This document shows positions 25,989 through 37,694 of a DNA stretch of 64,000 nucleotides, piece after piece (positions within the stretch are counted from its first letter, which is position 1; every line of letters begins with the position of its first letter). The DNA is from Pavona decussata (lineage: Eukaryota): NCBI GenBank assembly GCA_977016875.1, contig CDRNST010000035.1, positions 4,216,001 through 4,280,000 on the forward strand. Direction: 5' to 3'. The position numbers were made by a program, and so were the translations under genes. Under the pieces are notes generated by a model, which was given only the letters and a program-made list of their open reading frames with translations, was not told the DNA's origin and did not search any database.

Positions 25989-27581
25989 CTGTCATGCTGG
26001 GAGTAACCCCAAAATCTGTTGTGTTGAGAAGCTGTACAACAGGTGATGCCACATTGCTAAACGTTGTGCTGGGTGGGGGTGCTACAAGTGATGCTACATA
26101 TCTTGTGGTTGTAATGAGTGGTGGTATCCCACTGCCTGCAGTTGTGTTGGGTGGCTGTGATACAGGTGGCATCCCACTACCTGCAGTTGTGTTGGGTGGC
26201 TGTGATACAGGTGGCATCCTACTGCCTGCAGTTGTGCTGAGTGGCTGTGCTATAGGTTGCATCCCACTGCCTGCAGTTGTGCTGAGTGGCTGTGCTACAG
26301 GTGGCATCCCACTACCTGCAGTTGTGCTGAGTGGCTGTGATACAGGTGGCATCCCACTACCTGCAGTTGTACTGAGTGGCTGTGCTACAGGTGGCATCCC
26401 ACTACCTGCAGTTGTGCTGAGTGGCTGTGATACAGGTGGCATCCCACTACCTGCAGTTGTACTGAGTGGCTGTGCTACAGGTGGCATCCCACTACCTGCA
26501 GTTGTGCTGAGTGGCTGTGATACAGGTGGCATCCCACTACCTGCAGTTGTGCTGAGTGGCTGTGATACAGGTGGCATCCCACTACCTGCAGTTGTGCTGA
26601 GTGGCTGTGATACAGGTGGCATCCTACTGCCTGCAGTTGTGATGGATGGCTGTGATACAGGTGGTACCCCACTACCTGTGGTTGTGTTGGGTGGCTGTGC
26701 TACAGGTGGTACCCCACTGCCTGCAGTTGTGCTGAGTGGTGGTGCTACAGGTGGCATCCCACTGCCTGCAGTTGTGTTTGGTGGCTGTGCTACAGGTGGT
26801 ACCCCACTGACTGCAGTTGTGCTGAGTGGTGGTGCTAACGGTGGTACCCCACTTTCTGCAGTTGTGATGGATGGCTGTGCTACAGGAAGTACCCCACTGA
26901 CTGCAGTTGTGCTGAGTGGTGGTGCTAACGGTGGTACCCCACTTTCTGCAGTTGTGATGGACGGCTGTGCCACAGGTGGTACCCTACTACCTGCAGTTGT
27001 GCTGAGTGATGGTGCTACAGGTGGTACCCCACTGCCTGCAGTTGTGTTAGGTGGCTGTGCCACAGGTGGTACCCCACTGCCCACAGTTGTGATGGATGGC
27101 TGTGTTACAGGTGGAACCACGTTGCCTGCAGTTGTGTTGGGTGGCTGTGCCACAGGTGGTACCCCACTACCTGCAGTTGTGTTGGGTGGCAGTGCCACAG
27201 GTGGTACCCCACTACCTGCAGTTGTGCTGAGTGGTGGTGCTACAGGTGGTACCCCACTGCCTGCCGTTGTGTTGGGTGGCTGTGCCACAGGTGGTACCCT
27301 ACTACCTGCAGTTGTGCTGAGTGGTGGTGCTACAGGTGGTACCCCACTGCCTGCAGTTGTGTTAGGTGGCTGTGCCACAGGTGGTACCCCACTGCCTGCA
27401 GTTGTGTTGGGTGGCTGTGCCACAGGTGGTACCCCACTACCTGCGGTTGTGTTGGGTAGCTGTGCTACAGGTGGATCCACATTGCCTGCAGTTGTGCTGA
27501 GTGGCGGTGCTACAGGTGGTACCCCACTGCTTCGAGTTGCACTCTGCTCTCTGGGACGGGGTTCTCCAGAGTCTACAGCTT
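25989..27581 (-). CDS. G2 exon 2: 531-aa Pro/Thr/Ser/Ala-rich (mucin-like) linker made of 15-aa repeats
   Basis: ttttttaatccatgcag|AA GCT ... ATG ACA G|gtatga, 1593 nt, phase 1-1, no stops. The same acceptor context is found in the G4 exon at 59747. Confidence 0.75.
26110..27530. repeat. 45-bp coding minisatellite, about 31-32 copies (unit ~TTAGSGVPPVAQPPN / TTAGSGMPPVSQPLS)
   Basis: Directly visible: (ccactacctgcagttgtgctgagtggctgtgatacaggtggcatc)n with variants. Confidence 0.97.
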
Positions 27582-28154
27582 CTGCATGGATTAAAAAAGA
27601 CTGGGCAGTTAAAAAATTATTAATAATCATCTGTTGGAGGCTACTGGGTTTCTGTCTAACAACTGGGTAAAAGAAATGACACCTGAAAGATATTGCTTTT
27701 TCTGGTTTGTAAAAGTTAGAGGTTAATGTAACTTGGCTGGTTAGCAAAGAACACTGTAAGCATTTCCAGGACTCAAGTGCCGCCTGCCGCATGGGAACCA
27801 TCATTCAATTCAAGCAATGCCTCTTACCCATGAACTGGAACCATGAATCACTCCTAGTCATTATCTCTAAGAGGCTGTTAAAACCTATTAAACATTGTGT
27901 TTTTGGTTGCATAATCCAATGAAACCACATTTTTGTGTATGACAAAATCATAAACCTCCAGCCTCACTTCATGAGGAATAATTACTCATGAATTCCGCAT
28001 GAAACTGAACACAGTTTGGACTTGCTTTACATGTTTGGTTAATGACGCTATTAAACGCTTGCTAGGGTTATGGTGACCGGTAAGCATTACTATGATATTG
28101 ATAAAGTAATTCCTCAATTTTATATCAAATGGATCGCAAATTTGAGTATTGTTC

Positions 28155-28568
28155 TTAATGATAGTGCCTACAAATTAAATACAGAGCTATTTTTGCACAG
28201 TTTATGACTGTGGGAAAAGCAGATCTTAACAAGGATTATTGGAAACCAAAAAGAAAATTGGGGGTAACCACACATTTTTTAGAGATAATTAAGCAACAAT
28301 AATTAAAAAAACAGTAAAATACAAAGCAAATTATGGCGTTTTATTCCATATTGAAGCTTTATCATCTCTGAAAAATGCATGGTTACCCCCAATTTTCTTT
28401 ATGGATACCATTAGAGCACTATTGTCTTGGTAAGTTCTGCTTTCTCCGTATAGTTTTAAACAATGCAAAAATATCCCTGTATTAGTAGGCACCACCCATA
28501 GAAAACCCGAGCACATCGACATGCGCAGAACATATGCAGTCAGTAACAAAAGTAGGCACCCTCCTTAA
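28155..28568. mobile_element. TTAA-flanked MITE (TIR ~aggacggtgcctac); other copies at 29479-30844, 61373-61787, 62749-63020
   Basis: ttaa...gtgcctac ... gtaggcaccctccttaa, with shared internal sequence among the copies. Confidence 0.65.
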
Positions 28569-29655
28569 AATAACTCAGTTTCTCGTTTGCAAACTCTTTT
28601 TTTATCACTGAGCAAAGGAAGTGAGTTCACAAAGAGCTAAGCATTTTTGAATGCTTTTCCTCTTTGCTGTGAAAATCCAATTAAAAGCCACACACGTGCA
28701 TTTGAACAAAAATTGTGACTTGTTGTTTAAGTGGAAATAAACTGTCTTCTAAGGAGTAGCTCGTTAGAATTTAGTGCAATTTGACAAAACAATAGTTTCC
28801 TAAAAGTGCACATGTAACTTACCTACAAACAAACACCAAAATCTGACAGAGGGTATCAGACACCTAACACAAAATGTTGAAACTTGCAAAACCAATATTT
28901 ACGGGAGATCAAGGGGAAGGCTAGCAGCAAGGCCTGGAACTGAGTTCATAAGATTGCTCCAGTGAAGAAATTTGGCCAAGTGAGACTAAGTGCTGATTTT
29001 TGACAAACAACCAAGGAATGTAGTGGCAAATGCGGGTTTGTGTAGGTGTAGCAAATACATGTAATTTTGCTATTCGTCATCCAAACATCACAGGGAAGGT
29101 TTCGTATTTCACAATGGACAAAAGTACATGTCCTCAGGTAGTTCATTCATGAATTTCTCACATATCATGCATGCTTGTTACGGATTTTGAATGATTGACA
29201 AATTTTATGATTTTATGATTGGCAATCATGTCTGATGTTAGTGATGTCTTGCCGAAAAGACCAGATCAAAGATAGCTGCCAGCCCCCTGCTCAAACTTAA
29301 ATCAGACTCAAACTCAACTCAAGCTTGTAAATCGGTAAATAGCCAATCCCAATATTCACTCACCAATAATTCTATGCTCACAAGTTGATTCGAGCTGTGC
29401 ATTCATTATTATCACAACCATAGCGTGATGGCCGGAATATCACATGCCATGGTGTACTTTGTGTGTGACAAGTTAATTTTAAGGACGGTGCCTTTCTTTT
29501 GTTGCTGTGCATACATTCTCTGCATCTCGAGATACTCGGCTTTCCTATGGGTAGTGCCTACTTCTACAGGGATATTTTTGCTCGGTTTAAAACTATGCGG
29601 AGAAAGCAGAACTTAGCAAGTGCTCTTGGTATCCATAAAGAAAATAGGGGGTAAC

Positions 29656-30456
29656 CACAGGGAGTCCACAAAAGTTGTGAAAAAGAAACAAATTAATAAA
29701 TTATCGACTTACATTGTTTGTTTCTTGTGGTTTTCTATAGTGCTCATTTGCATACAATTTACGCGACAGAACGAATGTCGTGTACTGAGTTGTGCGCGAG
29801 CGGATCTGAGCTATGCTGACTTTACTATATATAAATATTGACAAGGGAGGCAACTTTTTTTGCGAAACAATTTGAACACACTCAGCAAAATAGCTTTGAA
29901 CATTCGACTTGTTCGCCTCTTTGCAACCAAATTCGTATCGAACTAAAGCTGGATAATTTGGGAACACACTTACCTGTCAGAATCCCAACAAGAAACAATT
30001 TTGAGCCAGCATTTTAGCTCCGTTTTCATAGTATTGCTCTGTGTATTTTTTCGCAACAGCTGCCGCCAGTTACCTTGGTGCAGACGTCACAGATTTACGC
30101 GCCATCACGAGCGAAATGTCGCCTCTCCCTACTTCCCAAAGATGTTTTTGCGCGACAGCTTTGGACAGTCACCGCTCCCTGTTTAGTCACAAATTGCGCG
30201 AACTGAAATAATATTTCTACTTTTGGTTTTATTTACAAAATTTAGGTTTGCGCGACAAGTCGGCTGAAAATTTATTTCCGGTCTCGCGTAATTTGTGACT
30301 AAACAGGGAGCGGTGACTGTCCAAAGCTGTCGCGCAAAAACATCTTTGGGAAGTAGGGAGAGGCGACATTTCACTTGTGATGGCGCGTAAATCTGTGATC
30401 TGTGTCGATAATTTATTAATTTATTTCTTTTTCACAACTTTTGTGGACTCCCTGTG
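29656..30456. mobile_element. P-superfamily-like non-autonomous element
   Basis: ~50-bp TIR cacagggagtccacaaaagttgtgaaaaagaaa..., 7-bp TSD gggtaac. The empty site is visible in the paralogous copy at ~62917. Confidence 0.75.
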
Positions 30457-30894
30457 GGGTAACCATGCATTTTTCAGAGATATTTAATCTTCAACTTGGG
30501 AAAAAATGCCATTCATTGCTTTGTATTTTAGTGCTTTTTAGAATTGTTGTTGCTTAATTATCCCTAAACAATGCGTGGTTACCCCCAATTTTCTTTTTGG
30601 ATTCCGGTAGTCATTACTAAGATCTGCTTTTCGGCAAGATTTCCGCACGGCCACAAACATTTGAATGTATACATTTTGCGACTCAAACTCTACTCATGTT
30701 CGTTCTTTGTGTACGAGTGTTTAGTACGACAGTGATGCGTGTATAATTAATGCATAAGGCTGTGCGGAAATCTTTCCCTACTTTTCCCGCATAATCATAA
30801 ACTGCGGGAAAATAGTCCTCTGTATTAGTAGGTACCGTCCTTAAACTGGATTTGATGATCTATTTGTTTACATAAGCTAAATGCAAATATTTAC

Positions 30895-31651
30895 CTGCAA
30901 GAAATAAACTTGATAACCAAACTGGCTTTGGCTGAAAGGTTTGTGGATCAGAAGTCATCGTGTTTAGCTGCACTCCAACCAAACTCCATTTCCTTCTAGC
31001 TCTTCGTAGAATAGCACAGCCAAGAGGAACAAGAATGGACGATGTAAAATTGTCGAGTTGATACCGCTCAGAGGTATCTCGAGTTAGTTTGTGGGTTTTC
31101 ACACCAAACGATCGGTTGCTGCTTGGGTCTTCAGCCAGCATATGGCAGCAAAATCCTTCAGAGTAATCATAAACAAGGTCAACATGAAATGCGCCGTGCC
31201 TTAAAACGCTGCATTTTTTCTTAAACAAACCGTGGCGGAACTCGGAAGCATGTGAATTGAGCGGAATCACTGTTAGTCCTGGAGCAGCTGGATCTTGGAA
31301 GGGCCGGTCCTTTGCAACACGATCGAGCTCAAATGTTTTTAATTCTCTGTCTGATTTTTTAAAATCCAGGAAATAGTTCTTGAGATCGAAATCCCCTTGA
31401 AAGACGTCTTCAGCGGTTATGATCGCATACTTGAAGCTTCTGCCCCCTGCACGCCGCCACTGTGTTGGGATCTGGTCTTCTGTGAGTTTAAACAAAGTTC
31501 CACAACCAACAGTTTTTTCCCCTTGACGATCTCCTAAATCTGGAATACGTTTTTGAATCCGGCAAATTCCTCTTTCATTTTTTAATTCGTTTCTTCTGAC
31601 TTGCGCGGCTGTTGCTCCGCTAGCTGCACCTTGGATAACACGTTTGTCCAT
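30895..31651 (-). CDS. G2 exon 1: trypsin-like (PA clan / Trypsin_2-type) domain, probably catalytically dead
   Basis: First ATG (31651) after an in-frame TGA; donor CTT GCA G|gtaaat (phase 1), 757 nt. The order GICRI...VGCGTLF...YAIITAEDV...GLTVIPL...PLGCAILR...WSLVGV parallels VCRI..GTGFL..ITAxHV..DxAL..GSSGSPV..VVG. Fold assignment is by eye. Confidence 0.65.
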
Positions 31652-31782
31652 CAGACAGTCCACTTCCCCCAACCTTCACCTTCCACCTCCCTTGTCTTGT
31701 CGACGCTAGTACCCAGATCTTCTCAGTGTTCGGAATTTGTCATCCGCGAGACCCCGAGACCTGGGAATGCAGGGTGAGGATG

Positions 31783-31850
31783 AGGCGGATGGCGGATGGC
31801 GGATGCGGATGGCCGATGGTGGATGGCGGATGTGTTGGCGGATGGCGGAT
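31783..31850. repeat. (ggcggat)n 7-bp tandem repeat upstream of G2
   Basis: Directly visible, about 8 imperfect copies. Confidence 0.8.
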
Positions 31851-32446
31851 TAAATAAAAAAAATAAAAGAAAAGAATGTTGATACTGATAAATGTTGTGG
31901 TTTTTTTTTTTTAAAAATTTGAATTAATTTATATCTTATTGTCAGTCAAACAGCGAAAACGCTATGGAATGTTTCTTCTCGTTTTTCAACCAAATCAGTC
32001 TGAGTTTGCAGTGGAACTCCGTACATTAGTGGGGCACACCATCCGGCAAAACAATACGTTCACATTCATGAACATTTACGGGATAATCTGCAGATTAATG
32101 GGAAAAGTACCTTATCAGCTCAATGGCCTCCTGATGAGGTCTTGTTTGTTCGAACAGACAGATCGATACAAGTTATTAAAAAAATGTTATAAGATGTCCA
32201 AAGATTTCCCGGCGTAGGATTTGCGAACGTGTCATTTTCTTCCCTTCAAATTTGCACACAAGCGCACAAGCAAAGTTTTCCTTGCAAGAGGGGGACTTTT
32301 TCTGATCGCGCTTTCCGTCTTTTCGGTTTTGATATTCATTGCAGATTTTGGTTTTTCTCTTTTTTGAACATTCAGATTTTTTTGCCTGACAGAAAAACAG
32401 GTTTTTTTTAGTCAGTTTCTGGTTTTCCCCCAGTTGCCTCGGCGGC

Positions 32447-32580
32447 NNNNNNNNNNNNNNNNNNNNNNNNNNNNNNNNNNNNNNNNNNNNNNNNNNNNNN
32501 NNNNNNNNNNNNNNNNNNNNNNNNNNNNNNNNNNNNNNNNNNNNNNNNNNNNNNNNNNNNNNNNNNNNNNNNNNNNNNNN
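32447..32580. other. Assembly gap (N run); a second gap lies at 36632-36817
   Basis: N characters. Confidence 1.
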
Positions 32581-33208
32581 CGTATTTACATATTCTGATC
32601 AATAGCGCTTTACAATAATCAATACATCACCGTGAGAAAAAAGTAAACTAAGTCACAAACTATAAAAAATACTTCTTAAAAAGATAAGTTTTAAGTCGAG
32701 ATAAAAGTGATGTTGCTTGACAAAGCTCCACGGGTAGGCCATTCCAGAGTTTCGGAGCTGCTTCTGAAAATGATCTTACTCCCAATGTTGTAAGCTTCTT
32801 TCCCTTGGGATGGTCCAATAAGAGTTTACCAGTAAACCTAAGATTATATAATGAATTCGATTTTATACTAATAAGATCACTAAGATAAGTTGGCGTTAGG
32901 CCATAAACACATTTGAAAGTTCTTATAGTCAATACAAAGGAAACCGGCAGCCAGTGGAGCTCATAAAGCGCCGGTATAATGTGAGAAAACTTTCCGATGC
33001 CAAGAATAAGTCTGGCTGCTGCATTTTGTACACGCTGTAATTTAGCAATCTGCGCCTTTGGTAAGCCAAACAATAAACCATTGATTACAATAGTCAAGAC
33101 GGCTGGTTATAAAAGCATGGACCAAAGTAATTAAGGAGTCTCGCGACAGATATTTCTTAATAAGTCTCAAGTTATGTAAATGATAAAATGCCGCATTACA
33201 AGCCTTGT
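32581..33208 (-). mobile_element. L2/CR1-clade LINE 3' fragment
   Basis: LLFGLP..QIAKLQRVQNAAARLI...HI.PALYELHWLPV...RSFS.AAPKLWNGLP...LKTYLF. Confidence 0.85.
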
Positions 33209-34255
33209 TGCTTTCTGCTGCCGCTAAAGCTGACTTTAACTTCTCAAATACTGCTACTAGCTATAAACTGGACCTGTACCTCAAACGTTTGTTTCAACTA
33301 TGTATAAAGATAATTTGCATACCAGCTAAAGGAAGCAAACACCATGACCTTTATAACCTGAGTTCATTTCTGGGATAAAACAGCAGTAAAGATGCCAGGG
33401 ATACAGCCTCACGCAGACGTCCTATGGCTAGTCACGTCACGCAATGCACCCCACGAGAGTGACGTGACATGACAAAGAACTTCTGCGTGTGAGGCCACAG
33501 GTACCGCAAGCCCTATGAGAGATATAGGTGACCTTTGCGTGAGTGTCGTAATTTAAGCGTCACGGCGAGCATAGCGTAACGGCGAAATTATAAGGATTTA
33601 TATGGAACAAAAACGATTCCTACTTCAATTGAAAATTCCGAATTTTCAATTAAAAAAAAATCCCTACCTGAACTCCCTTGTTTGTAAATTACAACACTCA
33701 CGCAAAGGTCACGGCCTATATCTCTCATAGAGCTTGGGGTACCTGTGGTGAGGCAGACTTTCCGAAAGTCCGTTTTCGGCGCACAATAAGACAACTTGAG
33801 ATAAGCTACGTGGGAGCCTTCGCTTGGTCGCAGTACCATTGTACAAATGTGTGTCGCTATTTTACAAGCTCTTAAGAGGTATGCCGTTTAGTGATATTGC
33901 ACAGTTTACACATACTTCACCTCATTATAAAAATACCGTCTATTGTTGTAAAGTAAAGAAAACCAAATAAAAAAGCAAAAGCTGTAAAGAAGTTAACAAT
34001 CTAAAAAAAGTACACGAAAAATAATGTTCCTGCATAATTTCAATATTTCTATGTACCCTAATTATACGAATTCACTGAAAAACTCAAATGCACAGGAGCA
34101 GATACTCGGGGCGAGGAAACGGTACAACTGGCGAGAAACATTTTTGGTGGAGAAGGAGGCTTTCCTTCACTGAATTTTTATTGCCAAGTTTTGACTTTCC
34201 TTCGCCCCAGCTGTCTGCCCCTGTGCTTCATGGACGTAAGAAAGGTACATGTAGC

Positions 34256-35731
34256 CAGGGCCGTAGCCAGTATGAGGCAAACCGAGGCACTTGCCTCAGT
34301 CATTGTTTTTTGTTTTTGTTTTGTTTTTTTTTGGGGGGGGGGGGGGGGGAATTACGATTTTTTTTGAAGGAGAAAGAAAGGCACTAGCAGCAAATGAATT
34401 CACAAACAGTTAAATAAATATAAAAAAATGTTAACGCAACATGGTATTATGTTTAATGATAACGCGAATCAGGCAGTGGCCTGAATTACAGATGAGAAAA
34501 ATTAAGCAAAAATTCATGCTAACCAGGCAGCGACTTCCTAAAGAAAACTGCTTCGTTTTCATGTGTTTTGACGCCATTTCTCGAGTCTTCTGTCTTCTCT
34601 GATCTGAGTGAGGAAAATCTATCAAAATGCAGCGTTCTATTTCCCTGCTAGCAGAGGTCTCGGAATTTTTGTCAAATAAGTTTTGATCCCAGTGTTTTGT
34701 TTAAACGTAGCCCAGGGGCTTAACTACCTGTACGCACATACGCACGTGCGTACCTGAAAAAGTCGAAAATAAAATAAAATAGAATAAAATAATATCAGGT
34801 AAGATAAAATAAAATAAAACGAATAAAACGAGAAGTGATTAGGTGGCGTCATAAGTGGCTGTTGGTTGAAGACGGCACTCCGCAGGCCTTGGTGGAGACG
34901 CTGGACTTTTCTATCCCAGAATTTTACCCTAGAATTGCTGTAACAGTCAAGACGCTTCTCACATACCCTGTGTCTACATGTGCTGCAGAGCGGAGCTTTA
35001 GTAGCATGAAAAGGCTTAAGACGCCACTTCCGAGTGCTATGTCAGATGCGAGGTTGTCCTCGCTATCCGTGATACATGTTCACAAGCACAAGGAAATAGA
35101 CCTAAGTGAGGTCATTTCTGTCTATGCTGGAATTAAAGACAGACGGTTAGCTTTGTGTTTGTAACAGTAAACCAGTATATCCATTATGCCTTTAGGAAAG
35201 CTATGCCTCAGTTTTTTTGCTCTTGGCGATGTAGATCTAGGCATGTACACTTTGATTGTTTATTTGAAGATTTATACTGAGTAAGCGCGTACTTAATGCT
35301 GCTCAAAAGCAATGATGTGGCCCACAGTGGTAAAAAGTGCTCCGGCATTTGTGAATAAAACCCTGAGATACCGCTAGCTTGTTGGCTTAATTAATGAATG
35401 AAGGGATCGAAGCACTTCAATGAACCCAAGAAAGCAGCGAAGAATTAAACGACGTAGTTGCCATTTCATGACACACTTACACTTACAGCATAACCTCACC
35501 ATCCTGACGATAAAGAAAATTTATTCATGTCATTATGGCACGTGAAAAAAACAATTGAGTGGGGAGAGGAGGGGGGGGGGGGGGACAGGGTGATTCGGAA
35601 AAATTGTGCGTACCTCTTGAAAAATCGTGGCTACGCCCCTGAGCCATCATATTTAAGACCCTAAACAGCTAGGCGGGGAATTCAACCATGGATATTGCCT
35701 CAGTCGTGATTTGTTTCTGGCTACGGCCCTG
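34256..35731 (+). mobile_element. hAT deletion derivative carrying the C-terminal dimerisation domain (34835-35164)
   Basis: TIR cagggccgtagccag, 5-bp TSD gtagc; FYPRI...LLTYPVSTCAAERSFSSMKRLKT.L.SAMSDARLSSL. Confidence 0.85.
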
Positions 35732-36864
35732 GTAGCTGTCAGTTTGAGAACAACAGAAACATCTCGCATCAACCTTGTCAACGCATAAAACATTGCCCCG
35801 CTTTTTAAGGTTCAAAAAGTTAATAAATAAAAAACGAGAAAACTGGACGGTTCAATACAAAGGCAAGACTAGCTTGGCTAGCACCAGTCCAAGGAACGGA
35901 AAGACCAACAACACTTAGCCCGACATGACAAATGGTAGCCTTTAAAATGAAAATTATTCACAATTTTTTTAATAGATTCTTCCAACCATGAAGTAGGGTT
36001 GACACTAGGTCTTTGTTCTAGTTTTTTCTTCCTTTTTTGTGCACATTGTTTTTTAAACAATTTGTAACATTTTCTCATTACACATTGAAGACACTGTTAC
36101 ATGATAGTCAGCAACAATACAAATTTTTCATACATTCGCTAAATTGAAATTGTGCCAAAAATACTAAAACCAATATATCTGGATACTTTCACTGTAAATT
36201 TAGGTGTAAAAATTAATACCTTCTAGCTACAATTACTATAATTACACAGCCCAGCTTTCATTACAGGATCCTAGGAACCATGTAAGATCCTAAAGCATCC
36301 CATCTCAGAGAACCTTATGAGATCCTAATCAGGACAGTAGTGGAAGGTGTTTGAAACAAGAAGTTAATTGAAAGAAATGTGATGGTACATTTCCAGCCTG
36401 GTGAGAAGAAGTTAATTATTGGGCTGACTTTGTAAATAATTAATCCACCTAAACAAAGACTGTTTTCTTGAGTAGAATTTAAGCAGCCATATACATGCAT
36501 GATTTTTAATTCATTGATCAAAATTCTCTAAAAGGTCAAGGTTTGAAAGCTGTCACCTGATTGGCGCACAATAATCATATCAATCCTTTCTGGTGGTCGC
36601 CTTAATGGAGGATTCAACAGCATTTGGGACGNNNNNNNNNNNNNNNNNNNNNNNNNNNNNNNNNNNNNNNNNNNNNNNNNNNNNNNNNNNNNNNNNNNNN
36701 NNNNNNNNNNNNNNNNNNNNNNNNNNNNNNNNNNNNNNNNNNNNNNNNNNNNNNNNNNNNNNNNNNNNNNNNNNNNNNNNNNNNNNNNNNNNNNNNNNNN
36801 NNNNNNNNNNNNNNNNNAAATCAGGGATAATGGAATAAACCGGACAGAAACAAATATGTGAAAT

Positions 36865-37049
36865 ATAACATGACATGGTTAAGAATCCAAGCTGGCAGGA
36901 GGCAGAACAGCTGGCTATTTACAAGCGCAGTTGAGAAGTTGAATTCGGCGCTACCGAGAAACAACTCCAGCTACGCAGTCAGAGTGGGACTTGATTCTGT
37001 GACCTCTGAATTACAAGTCTGATGCTCCAACCACTCAACCATACTGCCT
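36865..37049 (-). mobile_element. tRNA-derived SINE
   Basis: Minus-strand head ggcagtatggttgagtggttggagcatcagacttgtaattcagaggtcacagaatcaagtccc (A/B-box like), followed by a core and an AT-rich tail. Confidence 0.7.
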
Positions 37050-37212
37050 GAAGTGATCCAACTCACACAACCACACTGAAGTGTCACCTTCATGGAGGTG
37101 TCTGAATCTAGAGGTTCCACTGTATAGAAAATCCTAGCATAGGATACTTTGTGGGATCACCACTGACAGGTTAGTGATGGCAGAAGTTTGTGGTCTAAAC
37201 ATTTCACACTGA

Positions 37213-37694
37213 TTACACTTCGTAAACCCAGTTTTCAAGTATGTCTGTTACATCTGTCCTGTCAAAATCCTTCTCTTTTAATATGTCAATCAATTTTCCA
37301 ACTGTTGCTTCTCTCTTTTTGGACCACGTCTTCAGAATTTCGTCGGTGTGGTTTGGATATTTCTGCTCCATAAATTCTGTCTGATCTCTGCTTAATCCAA
37401 CCCTCTCTGCCAGCATTCTAAAGTCATCAAATTGCAGACTTCGCTTGATGTTCAGTTTCAAACAGACATCAGAATACACTTTCAGAGGGATGCTTGTGAC
37501 TTTAGTTGAAAGACGAGCATTGACTTGCTCTCGATCCAGGCTTACTGCTGCATCAACTGCATCTGTGCCGTTCTTAACTCTTGTCTTGAGGGCATAAGGA
37601 TCCTTGTCTGCTAAAGTCATCCCTTTCACTTGCTGTTTGATGAAGGGAACACTCTCGGCAGGAACCAGGCGTTGAGCATCAGGTGTTCTGCTAT
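37213..37694 (-). CDS. G3 terminal exon: linker + MyD88-like death domain
   Basis: ttaattttgtctaaag|AT AGC AGA (phase 1). RLSTKVTSIPLKVYSDVCLKLNIKRSLQFDDFRMLAERVGL...ATVGKLIDIL...WVYEV*. Confidence 0.85.

Noticed and set aside
26110-27530. CRISPR-like periodic array
   Set aside because: No unique spacers; it is a contiguous tandem repeat in a eukaryotic exon.
25973-27670. 565-aa plus-strand ORF (GGIPLPAVVLSGCDT repeats)
   Set aside because: Antisense shadow of the 45-bp repeat; splice signals and gene context support the minus strand.
36580-36876. ORFs spanning N runs (also 32408-32602)
   Set aside because: Artefacts of assembly gaps.
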